This document shows, in pieces, positions 57,794-64,000 of a stretch of DNA of 64,000 nt (its first letter is position 1; each line of letters opens with the position of its first letter). Origin of the DNA: Blastocystis sp. Blastoise (taxonomy: Eukaryota > Protista > Bigyra: Opalinata); assembly GCA_039096225.1 (NCBI GenBank), contig JBBPEB010000027.1, positions 496,001 to 560,000 of the forward strand, written 5' to 3'. The translations under genes were made by a program, and so were the position numbers. Below the pieces are notes generated by a model. It was not told the origin of the DNA, did no database searches, and saw nothing but the letters and a program-made list of their open reading frames with translations.

Positions 57794-58416
57794 ATTTATT
57801 TATATATAATAACATATATATATACTCTCTTATAATAATATATTTTTTTATGCATTATTTTATTGTTTTCTCTTTTTTATTATTTCAAATGCTATATTAT
57901 TAATTATGTTTTTAATATATTTTTCTTTTGATCTTTAAATCTATATATTTATATATATATATATATTATTCTTTCTTTTTATTATTTCAAAGATTTTTCA
58001 TTTTTTTTTCTACTTTTTCTCTTTTTGATATATTATTTAAAAATGTCTTGTTTTTGTTTTTTATGATATATGTTTCCATAATAATGAGATAGTCCCAAGT
58101 AGAGACGTTTATGTTTTTCGATAAAGAGATGCTATACTATAGAAATGAGCATTATATCTCAGAAAATTATGTTTTACTTGAATTATGTCCATTATTTTTG
58201 TTTTGTTACATATTTTTTGATATCTATATATAATTTAAGAAACGTTTATCATTATAAAGACATATAATATCAAACTTTTGTTAATTATGTACGTGACATT
58301 CAACACATAACAAATTAATATTCTCATATAAGCATACAAGTTTATTGTAGAAGCAGTTATAAAATAGTTACAGCATTAATAGTTTGGATTGAGAAGAAGA
58401 AAATTAAAAAAGAAAA

Positions 58417-58425
58417 CCCGCGAAA
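58417..58425 (+). promoter_or_regulatory. Possible E2F/SCB-like element (CCCGCGAAA) ~60 bp upstream of the polymerase kappa ATG
   Basis: Isolated GC-rich word in an AT-rich promoter; resembles known G1/S cis-elements; single occurrence. Confidence 0.3.
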
Positions 58426-58480
58426 CTTTTATTGCTTTTTTCTATATTTCACATATATTTATAAATATTTTGTGATAATT

Positions 58481-63133
<4,653 letters not shown>

Positions 63134-63664
63134 GGTATTGTTTGAATTCAATTGTTTTTTCTGGTTTTGCTTAATATTATCATATTTACTTTTTTTAATT
63201 TGAGAATGAATAGATTCATGAGATTTTCATGGAAGGTAATGGCAATTTTATATTTTTCATGCATCAGTCAACATATATACGACCAAAGGAATATTAAAAT
63301 GAGTAAAATCAATTATGTTGTGAGAAAAATGTTGTCAATAGATTATATTTTTGATATTCGTTTTCTAAATATGTTTTTTAATACATATATGTCATCAATA
63401 ACAATATCCAAGTAATTATTCATAAGAAAATAAAAAAAATAGAAAGAAGAAAAAATAATTCATGGGAATGATCTTAACTTCCAGTGAAATATAAAAACAA
63501 AAACAAAATGTATAAAAAAATTGAAAAGTAATATGAATAAGGAACAAGTCTTATGATGACTAAACATAAATTGCAATGATTTTTTCTTTTTTCAAAAATA
63601 ATGTTATTATTTTAAAAACATCGTTTTAATCGTTATCTATTAAGTTATATTGTTTGTTAATATA

Positions 63665-64000
63665 ATGAGTACCCCGTATATAATAAATTATAATCATATT
63701 ATACAGTTAGATTCTATTAAAATATCTTTTTTTAGTCAATCTAAGAAATCTAAGAAGACTCAAACTCCTAAATCTCAAATTACTGCTAAAGTTGATCCTC
63801 TTCAATCTATTCCTGAAGATACTCCTTTTGGAAAGATTATTCGTGCAGTTGTCAGTAAAGGTTTTGATTCTGGAAAGGTCATTGAGACTTTAGATAAGTT
63901 ATGGGAAAATGGTCTTAACATTGAAGATATTGACAATGCTGTTCAAACCGTTATTGAACATTTTTCTAAGGTATATAGCTATAATTTTAATTTTTGATAA
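63665..64000 (+). CDS. 5' part of a gene with a UBA-like helical domain (continues beyond window)
   Basis: ATG AGT ACC CC|gt..ag|T CAA TCT AAG; VVSKGFDSGKVIETLDKL...IDNAVQTVIEH resembles the UBA MGF pattern. Confidence 0.6.

Overview
Very AT-rich (about 20% GC by eye), intron-dense, gene-dense eukaryotic nuclear DNA. Most short ORFs in the track are exons or microsatellite artefacts, so I rebuilt the gene models by hand from splice sites. Several traits suggest an AT-rich Blastocystis-like stramenopile (inference only): 27-42 nt promoter-proximal introns, U12-type introns, TGTTT(G/T) motifs after stop codons, and a giant He_PIG/discoidin-type surface protein. About 15 host genes are present: Cabin1-like, DHHC palmitoyltransferase, ERGIC3/Erv46, MED21, a UEV-like/pseudokinase fusion, PI4K-beta-like, the surface protein, BAG6-like UBL, a Lys/Glu-rich protein, an ABCC transporter, SCYL2-like, a minimal tRNA-splicing endonuclease, USP48-like, DNA polymerase kappa and a partial UBA-like gene. 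There are also two tRNA-Asn(GTT) genes. Main points: (1) An intact 2763-bp DD34E IS630/Tc1-type transposon has 737-bp TIRs that contain the transposase start, exon 1 and first intron, so the right TIR is a ready-made antisense unit. It has a TA target duplication, and its empty site is visible in a paralogous copy in this window. (2) It sits inside an inverted ~2-kb duplication centred on the tRNA, where G/C strand skew flips at the tRNA. (3) PI4K has two minor-type introns (AT-AC and an AG-less GT-AT), and two other genes have introns that appear to need AT donors. (4) CCGCGG/CGCG palindromes are over-represented inside exons, in different reading frames.
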